A stretch of DNA of 64,000 bases, from positions 800,001-864,000 of the forward strand of contig CAWECG010000003.1 of NCBI GenBank assembly GCA_963807605.1, given 5' to 3'. The first letter of the stretch is position 1. The number at the start of each line of letters is the position of its first letter. Both the position numbers and the translations under genes were made by a program. This DNA is from Candidatus Bathyarchaeota archaeon. GTDB taxonomy: Archaea; Thermoproteota; Bathyarchaeia; 40CM-2-53-6; RBG-13-38-9. The notes under the pieces are model-generated. The model was not told where the DNA came from and searched no databases. It saw only the letters and a list, made by a program, of their open reading frames with translations. This document shows positions 16,960 through 25,940 of the stretch, one piece after another.

Positions 16960-17295
16960 TTGAGTTCTCTTGAAGGATCCCGTGAGCACAGTGGAGTTGT
17001 TTTCCACCTAAAACTCCTAGTCTTGGAGAATGCTGTGGTCGCATTCTTCTACGAAGGAGAGATGAAACTTGGAACGCTTTCATTCTCAATGCCTCTTGGT
17101 GGTGAGGAACATGCGGGCAAATCCTCAGTGCTATTGGGAGGGAAGTATTTGATTGCCTCAAGAGCCCTCTCAGAGAGACTCGCGGCACGTTACAAGAGGA
17201 TGAGCTTGGTCTCTTTCCATTCCAGCTTTCCTGAAAACGAAGCCTTTCGCATCTACCTACAGATCCTCGAGGAGAAACTCCACTCCTATACATAA
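16960..17295 (+). CDS. conserved archaeal hypothetical protein (possibly proteasome assembly chaperone-like)
   Basis: Fills the gap between flanking genes; LGTLSFSMP...SSVLLG...ASRALSERLA. Confidence 0.5.
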   Translation: MSSLEGSREHSGVVFHLKLLVLENAVVAFFYEGEMKLGTLSFSMPLGGEEHAGKSSVLLGGKYLIASRALSERLAARYKRMSLVSFHSSFPENEAFRIYLQILEEKLHSYT

Positions 17296-17312
17296 CGCGT
17301 GCTAGTGAACGA

Positions 17313-18590
17313 TCAGTAGGAGACCAAGCTTGAGAGTGGGGCCTCGCCGAGAACATCCACAGCTGCTTTCCCGACCTTCTCTCTATTCTCCTCCTTCGTA
17401 TAGATGCGGATAATGTTTAGGAATACCCTCAATGAGTCTATTATTCTTGAAAGTTCTCCAAGTTTTTGCGGGATCTTCTCTCCTGCTCTGCTCTTGTAAA
17501 AAATCGGTATACTCATCGGTTCGATATCCATCGCGTAATGATACGGAACTGAAGGAAGCGAAGGCACGTCTATAGTAACATCCGAAGGTGAGAGATCCGC
17601 TTTTCCTGCGATCTCCTGCTCGATTTGTACTCTGACGGATTCATTGTTGAATATGTTAGTGACGAGTTGATCTCTCACAAAGAATGTCTTCTCGTACGCA
17701 CATTTGATTAGCTTCCTATTGTCGAGGTCGTCTATGATCGGTCTGCTCTTCGAATGCTTTAGCATATTCCAGAGAGTTGAGTCGTCAAGCTGCAGATAAT
17801 TTTCGAGTGAGTCTAACTTGAACAGATCAAGTTCATCCTTGGCCTGTTCCAATGCCTTGATAACCATTATCTGAGCAGCTCTTGTGGTCCGATGGAAATA
17901 AATCGCCCTAAATGATTCAAGTCTAGCAAGCAGAAACGTCTCTAGTGTGGAGATCGCTGTGGCATCAACTGCTAAATTGCCGTCAAGAATATCCATTGTG
18001 TAGATTAAACGGAATATGTCGATTGTGCCGTAGCTGGCACCCGTGTGGTAGGAGTCTCTCAATAGAAAGTCCATCTTATCTACATCGACGGCACTCCGAA
18101 CGATCTGATCGAGGAAGGGTTTCTTTGATGAGGCGAGGCGCCCCACCGCAAGTAGCGAAATCTCTTCTGGGTTGAAGCTGGCCTTTTCTAGGGATCGGCT
18201 GATTGTAGACTCTCTGATGAGCCGTAGGGACATGTCTTCATGGGTCTTTCCAACATATTTGGTGAGGAGGGGTTCGAATAGGTGTGACAGGGGCCCGTGC
18301 CCCACATCATGTAGGAGCGCGGCTATTCTGACTTTTTCCCTCTCCGATTCCTCGGAGATAGCTGGAAGATTGTCGGCGACCGCCCCTGCTAAATGCATGG
18401 TTCCAAGTGAGTGCTCGAAACGTGTGTGATTTGCAGCAGGATAGACGTATTGAGCACCTGCAAGTTGCTTGATCCTCCTTAGCCTCTGAACAGGCTCGGC
18501 ATCAATTACCAGCCTTTCTTGTTCTGTGATCTTGATGTATCCATACAGGGGATCCTTTATGAAACCCCAATACCTGCCGAAATCCTTCAT
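17313..18590 (-). CDS. HD-domain phosphohydrolase (SAMHD1/dNTPase-like)
   Basis: QRLRRIKQL, HTRFEHSLG, LLHDVGHGP, DVDKMDFLLRD. Confidence 0.92.
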   Translation of the reverse strand: MKDFGRYWGFIKDPLYGYIKITEQERLVIDAEPVQRLRRIKQLAGAQYVYPAANHTRFEHSLGTMHLAGAVADNLPAISEESEREKVRIAALLHDVGHGPLSHLFEPLLTKYVGKTHEDMSLRLIRESTISRSLEKASFNPEEISLLAVGRLASSKKPFLDQIVRSAVDVDKMDFLLRDSYHTGASYGTIDIFRLIYTMDILDGNLAVDATAISTLETFLLARLESFRAIYFHRTTRAAQIMVIKALEQAKDELDLFKLDSLENYLQLDDSTLWNMLKHSKSRPIIDDLDNRKLIKCAYEKTFFVRDQLVTNIFNNESVRVQIEQEIAGKADLSPSDVTIDVPSLPSVPYHYAMDIEPMSIPIFYKSRAGEKIPQKLGELSRIIDSLRVFLNIIRIYTKEENREKVGKAAVDVLGEAPLSSLVSY

Positions 18591-18696
18591 CTTAATCCTC
18601 CAACACCAAAATTGATCTATAATTACACTACCAGTTTAAACCATTGACCATAAGAACTTCATGAATCGCCGTAATAATGTATGCATGTGACGATAC

Positions 18697-19323
18697 TTGG
18701 AATCAAGAAGGGGAGTCTTCATCGTCGTGGAGGGTATTGACGGCGCCGGCAAAACCCTTCATTCAAGAAACCTGTGCTTTCAACTTCACAAGAAGGAATT
18801 TGATGTAAGATGTACGGCTGAGCCGAGTGAAAATTTCATTGGAAGATTGGTAAGGGAGGAATTTCTGCACCGGAGGAAGATCGCCCCGGAGGTAGAGACT
18901 CTCCTCTTTGCTGCAGATCGATTTCAACACATAAGGAACGAAGTCTCGCCAATGCTTAAGCAGGGATGCATCGTCGTCTCGGATCGTTACTATTACGCCT
19001 CGATAGCCTACCAAGGCGCTCAAGGGGTGGATACGGAATGGATCAGATGTATCAACAATTTTGCTCCAAAGCCCGACTTGGCGATCTATCTTGACGTTCC
19101 GGCGGATGTAGCCCTATCCAGAATCCACAGAAGCAAGAGTGTGATGGAGGAAATTGAGCTTGAGAAGAAAGTCAGAGAGATCTATCTTGACTTGGCAAAG
19201 AAGAATGAGCTTACTTACTTGGATGGAAATCGATCGATCGAGATCGTAGATAAAGAGATGCTCGATCTGGCCTTAGAGGTAATCTCAAGGACCAGAAAAG
19301 AAATGCCAAGCCAAACAGGATAG
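18697..19323 (+). CDS. tmk: thymidylate kinase
   Basis: EGIDGAGKT, LFAADR, SDRY..SIAYQG. Confidence 0.93.
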   Translation: MESRRGVFIVVEGIDGAGKTLHSRNLCFQLHKKEFDVRCTAEPSENFIGRLVREEFLHRRKIAPEVETLLFAADRFQHIRNEVSPMLKQGCIVVSDRYYYASIAYQGAQGVDTEWIRCINNFAPKPDLAIYLDVPADVALSRIHRSKSVMEEIELEKKVREIYLDLAKKNELTYLDGNRSIEIVDKEMLDLALEVISRTRKEMPSQTG

Positions 19324-19386
19324 GCGTCCCCCACTAATTCAAGTCACTTAATAAGGCTCACCTGCAAAGATACGACCGAAGCTCTG

Positions 19387-21513
19387 ATGTCTACGAGAAC
19401 CAACCTACTGAAGGCAGTCATCTCAAGTGCCCTGAACATAATTAAGGAAACCCGCAACCAAGTGGAAAAGACAATTAACGAACTGGGAGCAGATTCACAA
19501 GTCGGTTTCCCTGGAACAGCATACAACCTCCCAATCTACCACGGTATTACTGGAAAGACGGCTGAAAGACTAACAGACCTTATGAATATACTCAACGAAC
19601 TCGAACACTCATTTAAAGAAGAACCGACGATTGAAAATGCCACTTCGGCGGGAGTCGCATCAATAATAGCAATAGAGATCCTTGAAGCCTCAAGATATGC
19701 AGGCGAAAGAAACCCCTACAAAAACCCCTACACAGGCTTCATACCAGACTCGACACTCAGAGGACTCGGTGTAAATCTCGTAAACGGCTCGACCCCCGGC
19801 ATAGCAGTCTTGGCAGGAGCTGCCCCAACACCTGAAGCAGCAGGTATGATATGTCAAGATGCTAGGAAGAGGGGGTTACTCTCACTTCTCTCCGGAGTTA
19901 TAATAGAGCAAACCTCAAGAGCAAATCTACAGCTCGGACTTGAATCCCTCCTTGTCCCGTTAGGTCTGGAAGCGTCCTCGATAGAACATGCAGCAAATCT
20001 GGCAGTGAGAGTCGCCCTGACCTTCGGCGCTGTAAAGCCAGGAGACAAAGACTCTCTCATAAGGTATCTAAGGGATAAGGTCCCTGCGTTCATAGTTGTA
20101 CTCGGTCGACTTGACGGACTCACGATCTCTTTGGGGCTCGGGGCAGTGGCCCTCGGACTGACCGTGATTACAGATCAACCCAATGTAGATTTGGCGGGCA
20201 TAGTAGCCGAACCAGATCTCTCTAAGATAATCGCGAAAGCTTGCCAAATTCGAGGAATACAAACGAAACTGATCGAGATCCCGATTCCCATAGCCTTTAG
20301 CCGAGCATTTGAAGGAAAGCGTATCAGAAAAGAGCAGATGTACGTGGAGTTTGGAGGCGGAAAGTCACCGTACTTTGAACTCCTCCAGATGAGAGAGCCA
20401 AATGAGGTCGAAGATGGAAAGGTGACTGTGGAAGGACCTGAGATAGATGAAATGGAGGAGGGGAAGGCCTACCCTCTCGGAATCCTGATAGAGGTGGCTG
20501 GAGAGTCTATGGAGAAGGCGTTCGAGTCCATGCTCGAGCGCCGAATACATGAGATCATCAATTATGGTGAAGAGACATGGCACATAGCTCAAAGAGACAA
20601 GGGATGGGTGAGAATATCCAAAGAAGGATTCAAAAAGGGTTTCAAGCTCCGCCACCTTGGAACAATGATCCAACACATCCTCCGCAGTGACTATCCGAAC
20701 CTCGTACAGAAGATTCAAGTTACCATATTCACTGAAGAAGAGAAAGTCAGGGAGATGCTGGAAAAGGCACAAAAGCTCTACTCGTCCAGGGACGCCAAAC
20801 TCACGTACTTGGGTGACGAGGACGTCACAAAATTTTACAGTTGCATACTCTGTCAAAGCTTTTCCCCAAACCATGTCTGCGTCATCACTCCTGAGAGAGA
20901 CGGCCTATGCGGAACGGTCACCTACACAGACGCGGCGACGGGACACAAAATCCGGGGGGGCGCCGGCGCTAACCAGCCTGTCCCGAAAGGTAGACTCCTA
21001 AATGAAGAGAGGGGAGAATGGGAAGGCGTTAACACGTTTGTTCAGCAAGCATCCCACGGAGAGACTGAACGCGTAAGCCTTTACAGCCTGATGACTTACC
21101 CCACAACCTCATGTGGCTGTTTTGAGTGCATCTCAATCTATCTGCCTGAATGCCATGGCCTAGTCATTGTGAGCAGAGAGTTCAAAGAAGAAACACCCAT
21201 TGGAATGAAGTTCTCTACCCTCGCGGGAATAATTGGAGGCCAGACCCCTGGAATGCTGGGCCACTCAAAGAGATGGATAACGAGTAGGAAATTCTTCAGA
21301 GCCGATGGAGGGATCAAGAGAATAGTCTGGATGCCGAGCGACCTCAAAGAACTTCTCAAGGACGAACTTAGACGGCGCTGCCGAGAAGAGGGAGTTCCTG
21401 ACCTTTATGAGAAGATTGCGGATGAGAACCAAGCACGTAAGCTCGAAGACCTTCTGGACTGGCTCAAGAGTGTTAAACACCCTGTATTGGATATGCCACC
21501 ACTTGAGCACTAG
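19387..21513 (+). CDS. acsB: acetyl-CoA synthase subunit of CODH/ACS, long bacterial AcsB-type architecture
   Basis: N-terminal domain FPGTAYNLP/GFIPD, LERRIH, A-cluster ligands CILCQSFSPNHVC, LCG, TSCGCFEC. Confidence 0.9.
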   Translation: MSTRTNLLKAVISSALNIIKETRNQVEKTINELGADSQVGFPGTAYNLPIYHGITGKTAERLTDLMNILNELEHSFKEEPTIENATSAGVASIIAIEILEASRYAGERNPYKNPYTGFIPDSTLRGLGVNLVNGSTPGIAVLAGAAPTPEAAGMICQDARKRGLLSLLSGVIIEQTSRANLQLGLESLLVPLGLEASSIEHAANLAVRVALTFGAVKPGDKDSLIRYLRDKVPAFIVVLGRLDGLTISLGLGAVALGLTVITDQPNVDLAGIVAEPDLSKIIAKACQIRGIQTKLIEIPIPIAFSRAFEGKRIRKEQMYVEFGGGKSPYFELLQMREPNEVEDGKVTVEGPEIDEMEEGKAYPLGILIEVAGESMEKAFESMLERRIHEIINYGEETWHIAQRDKGWVRISKEGFKKGFKLRHLGTMIQHILRSDYPNLVQKIQVTIFTEEEKVREMLEKAQKLYSSRDAKLTYLGDEDVTKFYSCILCQSFSPNHVCVITPERDGLCGTVTYTDAATGHKIRGGAGANQPVPKGRLLNEERGEWEGVNTFVQQASHGETERVSLYSLMTYPTTSCGCFECISIYLPECHGLVIVSREFKEETPIGMKFSTLAGIIGGQTPGMLGHSKRWITSRKFFRADGGIKRIVWMPSDLKELLKDELRRRCREEGVPDLYEKIADENQARKLEDLLDWLKSVKHPVLDMPPLEH

Positions 21514-21653
21514 ATATTCTAGATTATAGCATCGACGCTAAGGTCTAAACTGGAGGATGAGAATCCAAAAGCTTAACAATGCTAGGTGGAAACTCAGCAC
21601 AGATAAGCCAGTAGCACCATACTTCCTTGACTAGTGGAAAATCAGTGACCTAA

Positions 21654-21908
21654 ATGAAATTCGCCTACGGAAAAAAACAGAAAGTCAATGACGTTGAACT
21701 TGACAAGCTCTTCCTCGATCTTCAAGCAGTTCTCCAAAAGCACCCAGTGGTTCCAGCCGAAAATATTGATGCATTAGTGTCAGAATGGATCAATGACATT
21801 CTGTTCGTCATAGGTAAGATCACTGATGAAGAACTTCAGGAGGAGGCTAAGGAAGTAGCCGGTAAAGGTGAAGAAGAGGGGGAAGAACTAGAGGAGGACG
21901 AAGAGTAA
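21654..21908 (+). CDS. small acidic hypothetical protein
   Basis: 84-aa ORF with Glu-rich tail, ATG start. Confidence 0.6.
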   Translation: MKFAYGKKQKVNDVELDKLFLDLQAVLQKHPVVPAENIDALVSEWINDILFVIGKITDEELQEEAKEVAGKGEEEGEELEEDEE

Positions 21909-21956
21909 CAGGCTTCCTCATAGTCTATGTTATTTTTCTAAGGTCGAGCGTTTGAA

Positions 21957-22997
21957 CTAGACACTCTTCTCAATATTTTTCCAGTGAACCATAGGCAGTC
22001 CTGCAACTGGAGAAGTGAAGTAAGGTATTCGATTACCTTTCAAGCTGCCTATATAGACAGTCTTGAGATCAGGCCCACCGAAAGTGATGCTTGCCATCCA
22101 TGGCGCCACACTGCTTGCGCAGGGTAGCAAATCGTCAACGGTTACTTTTCCAGCAAAGAAGTTCTTATCCAGTCTAGCGATAGCTTCTGGATTTCCATCG
22201 TCAAAGAGGATTCTGAGATCCCCCTCTGGAGTTAACGCGAATATTTTCTCTCCGTAGATAAGGGTGCCCCAGAGATTGCCGTAAGAGTCGAAGGCGATCC
22301 CGTCGGGATAACCACCAGGCCCAAGATCAGGTGGACCGAAGATCTCTCTATCTGATAGTGTTCCATCAGGATGGACACGCATCCGGCTTATCCTTCGGCC
22401 TACCGTCTCTGTAATGTATAGGTGCTCCTCCACTGAATCAAACCTAATCTCATTTGTGAAGTGGAAGCCGTCTGCAACGAACCTGATTCCTTTTTTATCT
22501 ACCAGTGCGATTGCTCCGTCTGCAGTATCTGGTTTGAAGGCTTCTATCCAGTTTATAGTCTTGGTAGAGATGGTCAACCAAATGCGATTCTTAGAATCGC
22601 GAAGTACAAAGTTAACCTTTCCAATTGGCTTTCCGTCGATGTTATCGTAAAGGGTCTTTGTTTTACCGTCCCGCGTCATTACCTCAAGTAGGTCTGTACC
22701 AAAGTTGGAGATGAGGATGTCACCGTTCTCAGCGAAGACCAGACCGTTAGGGAGTGTTCCTTGGGTAAATCTCGAGGCAAGATCACTGGCTTGAGAGAAC
22801 CGAGGGTCAGAACTTTGTGTTATGATCGTTTGAGTTCTATTAGGGCTGATCTTGACAACTCCACCCCTAGCGTCTGCTACCCAGAGTGTCCCATCCGGCT
22901 CAACCAATATACACTCGGGCCGCTGTAAACCTTCGCCAATAAACTTGAGATCTGACACCTTAACCTTGAAGTTATCAATCGGGTTTCTAAACATCAA
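21957..22997 (-). CDS. SMP-30/gluconolactonase family beta-propeller
   Basis: RPEC, PNGL, FTNEIRF, YPDGIAFD, ITFGGPDLKTVYI. Confidence 0.88.
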   Translation of the reverse strand: MMFRNPIDNFKVKVSDLKFIGEGLQRPECILVEPDGTLWVADARGGVVKISPNRTQTIITQSSDPRFSQASDLASRFTQGTLPNGLVFAENGDILISNFGTDLLEVMTRDGKTKTLYDNIDGKPIGKVNFVLRDSKNRIWLTISTKTINWIEAFKPDTADGAIALVDKKGIRFVADGFHFTNEIRFDSVEEHLYITETVGRRISRMRVHPDGTLSDREIFGPPDLGPGGYPDGIAFDSYGNLWGTLIYGEKIFALTPEGDLRILFDDGNPEAIARLDKNFFAGKVTVDDLLPCASSVAPWMASITFGGPDLKTVYIGSLKGNRIPYFTSPVAGLPMVHWKNIEKSV

Positions 22998-23287
22998 GAT
23001 TCGACCTTCTTCATTGTCTGGCTTAGGATCTTCCTTGAAAGGGCTTCTGCTGATGAGATAGGGCTATCTCTTAAGCGAAATTATCTTAGGAATACATGCT
23101 CTCTGGGTTGGCTCTGGATTGTATAGTTGTAGGCCTTTGGTAAAGACTCACTTTTCAAAAGGATCTTGGATCTCTTTCTGTAGATGATCTTAAGAGTAAG
23201 AGTCCGCATCAAACGATGAAATGCCATTGACAGAATGGTTGCGAAGAGAACGCCGTTACAGACGCGTGCGTAGCAGAATATATCCAG

Positions 23288-23536
23288 CTATGGCGGCTCT
23301 ATATCCCTCAACTTGACGGTCCCTTGCATACTGAAAGTGATTGTGAATTTTCGTGGCTTTTCACTATCAGGTAAGCGATAGGTTCCGTCCGCTTCCCATG
23401 TGTTCCCCACCTGACGGATCTTTCTAAACTCGACGGCGTATCTTTGAGGACAGACCTGCCGTGTCATCTTCAGAACCTTTGTCTTGATTTCCTCTTCAGT
23501 TATGCCCGGTCGCTTGAAACGTGGTATTGTACCCAA
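23288..23536 (-). CDS. hypothetical protein
   Basis: 82-aa ORF with GAGG upstream of TTG. Confidence 0.5.
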   Translation of the reverse strand: MGTIPRFKRPGITEEEIKTKVLKMTRQVCPQRYAVEFRKIRQVGNTWEADGTYRLPDSEKPRKFTITFSMQGTVKLRDIEPP

Positions 23537-23669
23537 TCCTCAGTTAGACATTGAATATCGTATGCTTGTAAACTTTCTGCAAAGGTATGGACGAACGCGC
23601 AAAGGACTATTTACAACTCAAGCATAGCTATTGATAGCCCTAGGATTCGTCGACAAAATTCTGAATATC

Positions 23670-24482
23670 TCAACTTGATTTGTTCTCGACTACTTTGAGT
23701 TTACCATTCTTGCCAACGCTCACCTGTAGTTCTCCTCTGAACATTCCTACTCGCCCGTTCTCAATTTGAACCGTATCACCGACGGAGATCAGACCTATTT
23801 GGGCGTTCCAAAGTGGCAACTTGATGGAACCTGTCTTGTCGTTAATTATCGCTGTAGACACACCGAGGGGATTACCGAACCTTGAGAAGACCGTTTTCGT
23901 CACAGATTTCTCAACAACCCGCGCTTTGAGGTTCACCCATTTTACTGCTGAGTTTACATCTTTGATCTTCATGTCGATTGGTTTCATCTTCTCAATTCTC
24001 GTAGCCGAGGTACGTTCTTCGCGTGGAAGACTTTCAAGGTCTACTTCAGGCAGATACTTTAGCGCGGTTTCGCTGAGGCTTAGTTGCGCGACGACCTTTT
24101 GATCCTGTGTTACGAGAAAGACACCTTCGCCTATTGTCTTTTGGCGGCACTGAACCAATATATCCTTGCACGACGCTTTTCCATGAGTCCACGCATCCAC
24201 AAAAGTTCTCAAAAATTTCTTTGTATCAAGCCCGTATTTCTCAGAAATCCTGATTAGATACCATATGCGAGCCACCTCGGCCATAGACTGACGTTTGCCT
24301 CGAGGTCTACCACGCCCATAATGTAGCATTCTTTTTGGAAAGACTCTCAACAGAATCCCGTTGTATTTGGCAGCGTTACTCTTTAACCTTTCAAGGATTT
24401 TGTGCGTTTCACCAGATGTGAAGAATACAGTACATGATTTTTCTCCATTCTCGTTTCCCGAAAATATTTCACTACCCGTCAT
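23670..24482 (-). CDS. OB-fold single-stranded DNA-binding protein with extra N-terminal domain (start uncertain)
   Basis: MKIKDV...VNLKARVVEKS...DKTGSIKLPLWN...GDTVQIENG...FRGELQVSVGK. Confidence 0.8.
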   Translation of the reverse strand: MTGSEIFSGNENGEKSCTVFFTSGETHKILERLKSNAAKYNGILLRVFPKRMLHYGRGRPRGKRQSMAEVARIWYLIRISEKYGLDTKKFLRTFVDAWTHGKASCKDILVQCRQKTIGEGVFLVTQDQKVVAQLSLSETALKYLPEVDLESLPREERTSATRIEKMKPIDMKIKDVNSAVKWVNLKARVVEKSVTKTVFSRFGNPLGVSTAIINDKTGSIKLPLWNAQIGLISVGDTVQIENGRVGMFRGELQVSVGKNGKLKVVENKSS

Positions 24483-24490
24483 AGACTGTT

Positions 24491-24724
24491 ATGGTTAAGC
24501 TGAATGAGTGGAAGATACGCTGGATCATCCATGAGAAGTTGAGGGGGAGGGGTGCAGGCGAATTAGCCCTGATCCAACGGGTCTCACATAGAAGGGTGGA
24601 GCAGCTATGGCAGATGTACAAGCGGACAGGTGAGATTCCAGCATTGAAGAAGCCTGGTAGACCCGGAAAGGCCTCTATCAGCCTGAAAGATGCAACCCTC
24701 ATCCTGGAAGCGCGTGCGCGCTAA
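24491..24724 (+). pseudogene. IS481-like transposase, N-terminal HTH fragment
   Basis: MVKLNEWKIRWII...VSHRRVEQLWQMYKRTGEIP.LKKPGRP; ends abruptly in GCGCGTGCGCGCTAA; no DDE domain. Confidence 0.75.
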
Positions 24725-24842
24725 TGATTTTTCTCTATACAAAGGTTTATATGCGATGCACCTCACTGACCCACGCAGTATACGTTGATTCTACTTTGCA
24801 GTATTATCATCCGTATAACTAACTGCAAAAGGAGTGAGTAGT

Positions 24843-24992
24843 ATGGGTTTTGAGAGACGAGGATTCGGTCCAAGAACTATGCATAAGATAAAGTGCTCTG
24901 ACTGTGGAAAAGATGCAGAAGTTCCATTTGTACCGAAAGAAGGAAGACCTGTCTATTGCAGAGAATGCTTCCAAAAGCATAGGACTTATTAA
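24843..24992 (+). CDS. CxxC-x17-CxxC zinc-binding small protein (49 aa)
   Basis: Not in ORF track. MGFERRGFGPRTMHKIKCSDCGKDAEVPFVPKEGRPVYCRECFQKHRTY; AGGAG upstream, TTTATAT box near 24746. Confidence 0.9.
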   Translation: MGFERRGFGPRTMHKIKCSDCGKDAEVPFVPKEGRPVYCRECFQKHRTY

Positions 24993-25024
24993 TCGCAAAA
25001 TCTGAGTTTTCGATTAATGAACCA

Positions 25025-25050
25025 TTTTATTCTATTTTTTTTTATTTTTT
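25025..25050 (+). terminator. T-rich archaeal terminator
   Basis: Long T tract directly after the CxxC-x17-CxxC gene. Confidence 0.55.
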
Positions 25051-25165
25051 GAAGATTAAATGATACTATTCCGACTCTTGGTAGGGCTTGGAACCTAGTG
25101 TTGCTTGCTTCATCCACAAGAGTCTGCGCAGTGCCAAGGTAGGCCTTTAGTTCTTGTCGTTCTTA

Positions 25166-25852
25166 TCACATTACTATGCGATAGATCCCGCGCCACTTGT
25201 CAATGTCGCAACACCATAATTCCCCTCTTTTAATCGCTAGGCCGTGAGGGGCGGGACCTTCCTTGGGAAGGTTGATGCGGTCAAGCAGATCGCCTGTCTC
25301 CATATGGTACTTGAGGATCACTTTGTCAGTGGTGTGAGCGCACCAGATACCTTCCCCGTCGCAGGCCAAACCGTGAGGCCTATCAATCTTGACTGGAAAT
25401 TCACGAACTACTTTGAAATCTTCGGGGTCAACAAGGACTAACCTCTGGGGATCATAGGCGAAGGCGGTGATCCACATCAGACCGTTGTTCCACTCAATGC
25501 CATGAATACGTCCACCATCAGGCGTGGGAAAGCGATCAATCAGCTCCCCGGTGTGGATATCGAGTTTCAACACCCACGATTTGTGAATATCCGTTGGGCG
25601 AAAAGGTCTGAGTTCGGTTGTACCATTCGAGGCTGTCCACAGATAACCGCCGCCTACGGTTACGCCGGAACTGTTCTCTGTCGCTGTGCGGAATTTGCTA
25701 AGGATCTTCCCTGACTCGTCAAGCAGAATGGCATCCTCAAGAATCTGGTCGACGACCCACAAGCCTTCGTCAGTCCATTGCATGCCGTTCGGTGCCTCAC
25801 AGGGAGTCGGGAAGGCTGTCACTGTATGCGCGTTTTTTGCAGCGACATTCAA
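25166..25852 (-). CDS. beta-propeller protein (YncE/glutaminyl cyclase-like repeats)
   Basis: Repeated HG[IL]xW/LW blades. Confidence 0.65.
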   Translation of the reverse strand: MNVAAKNAHTVTAFPTPCEAPNGMQWTDEGLWVVDQILEDAILLDESGKILSKFRTATENSSGVTVGGGYLWTASNGTTELRPFRPTDIHKSWVLKLDIHTGELIDRFPTPDGGRIHGIEWNNGLMWITAFAYDPQRLVLVDPEDFKVVREFPVKIDRPHGLACDGEGIWCAHTTDKVILKYHMETGDLLDRINLPKEGPAPHGLAIKRGELWCCDIDKWRGIYRIVM

Positions 25853-25940
25853 TTCCTATTTCCTTCTCCCTGAACGGAATGAACAGGCGCATATTTCCTT
25901 TCTGGCCCTAGAATTACTGGGACTCCAAACCTAGTGTAAG

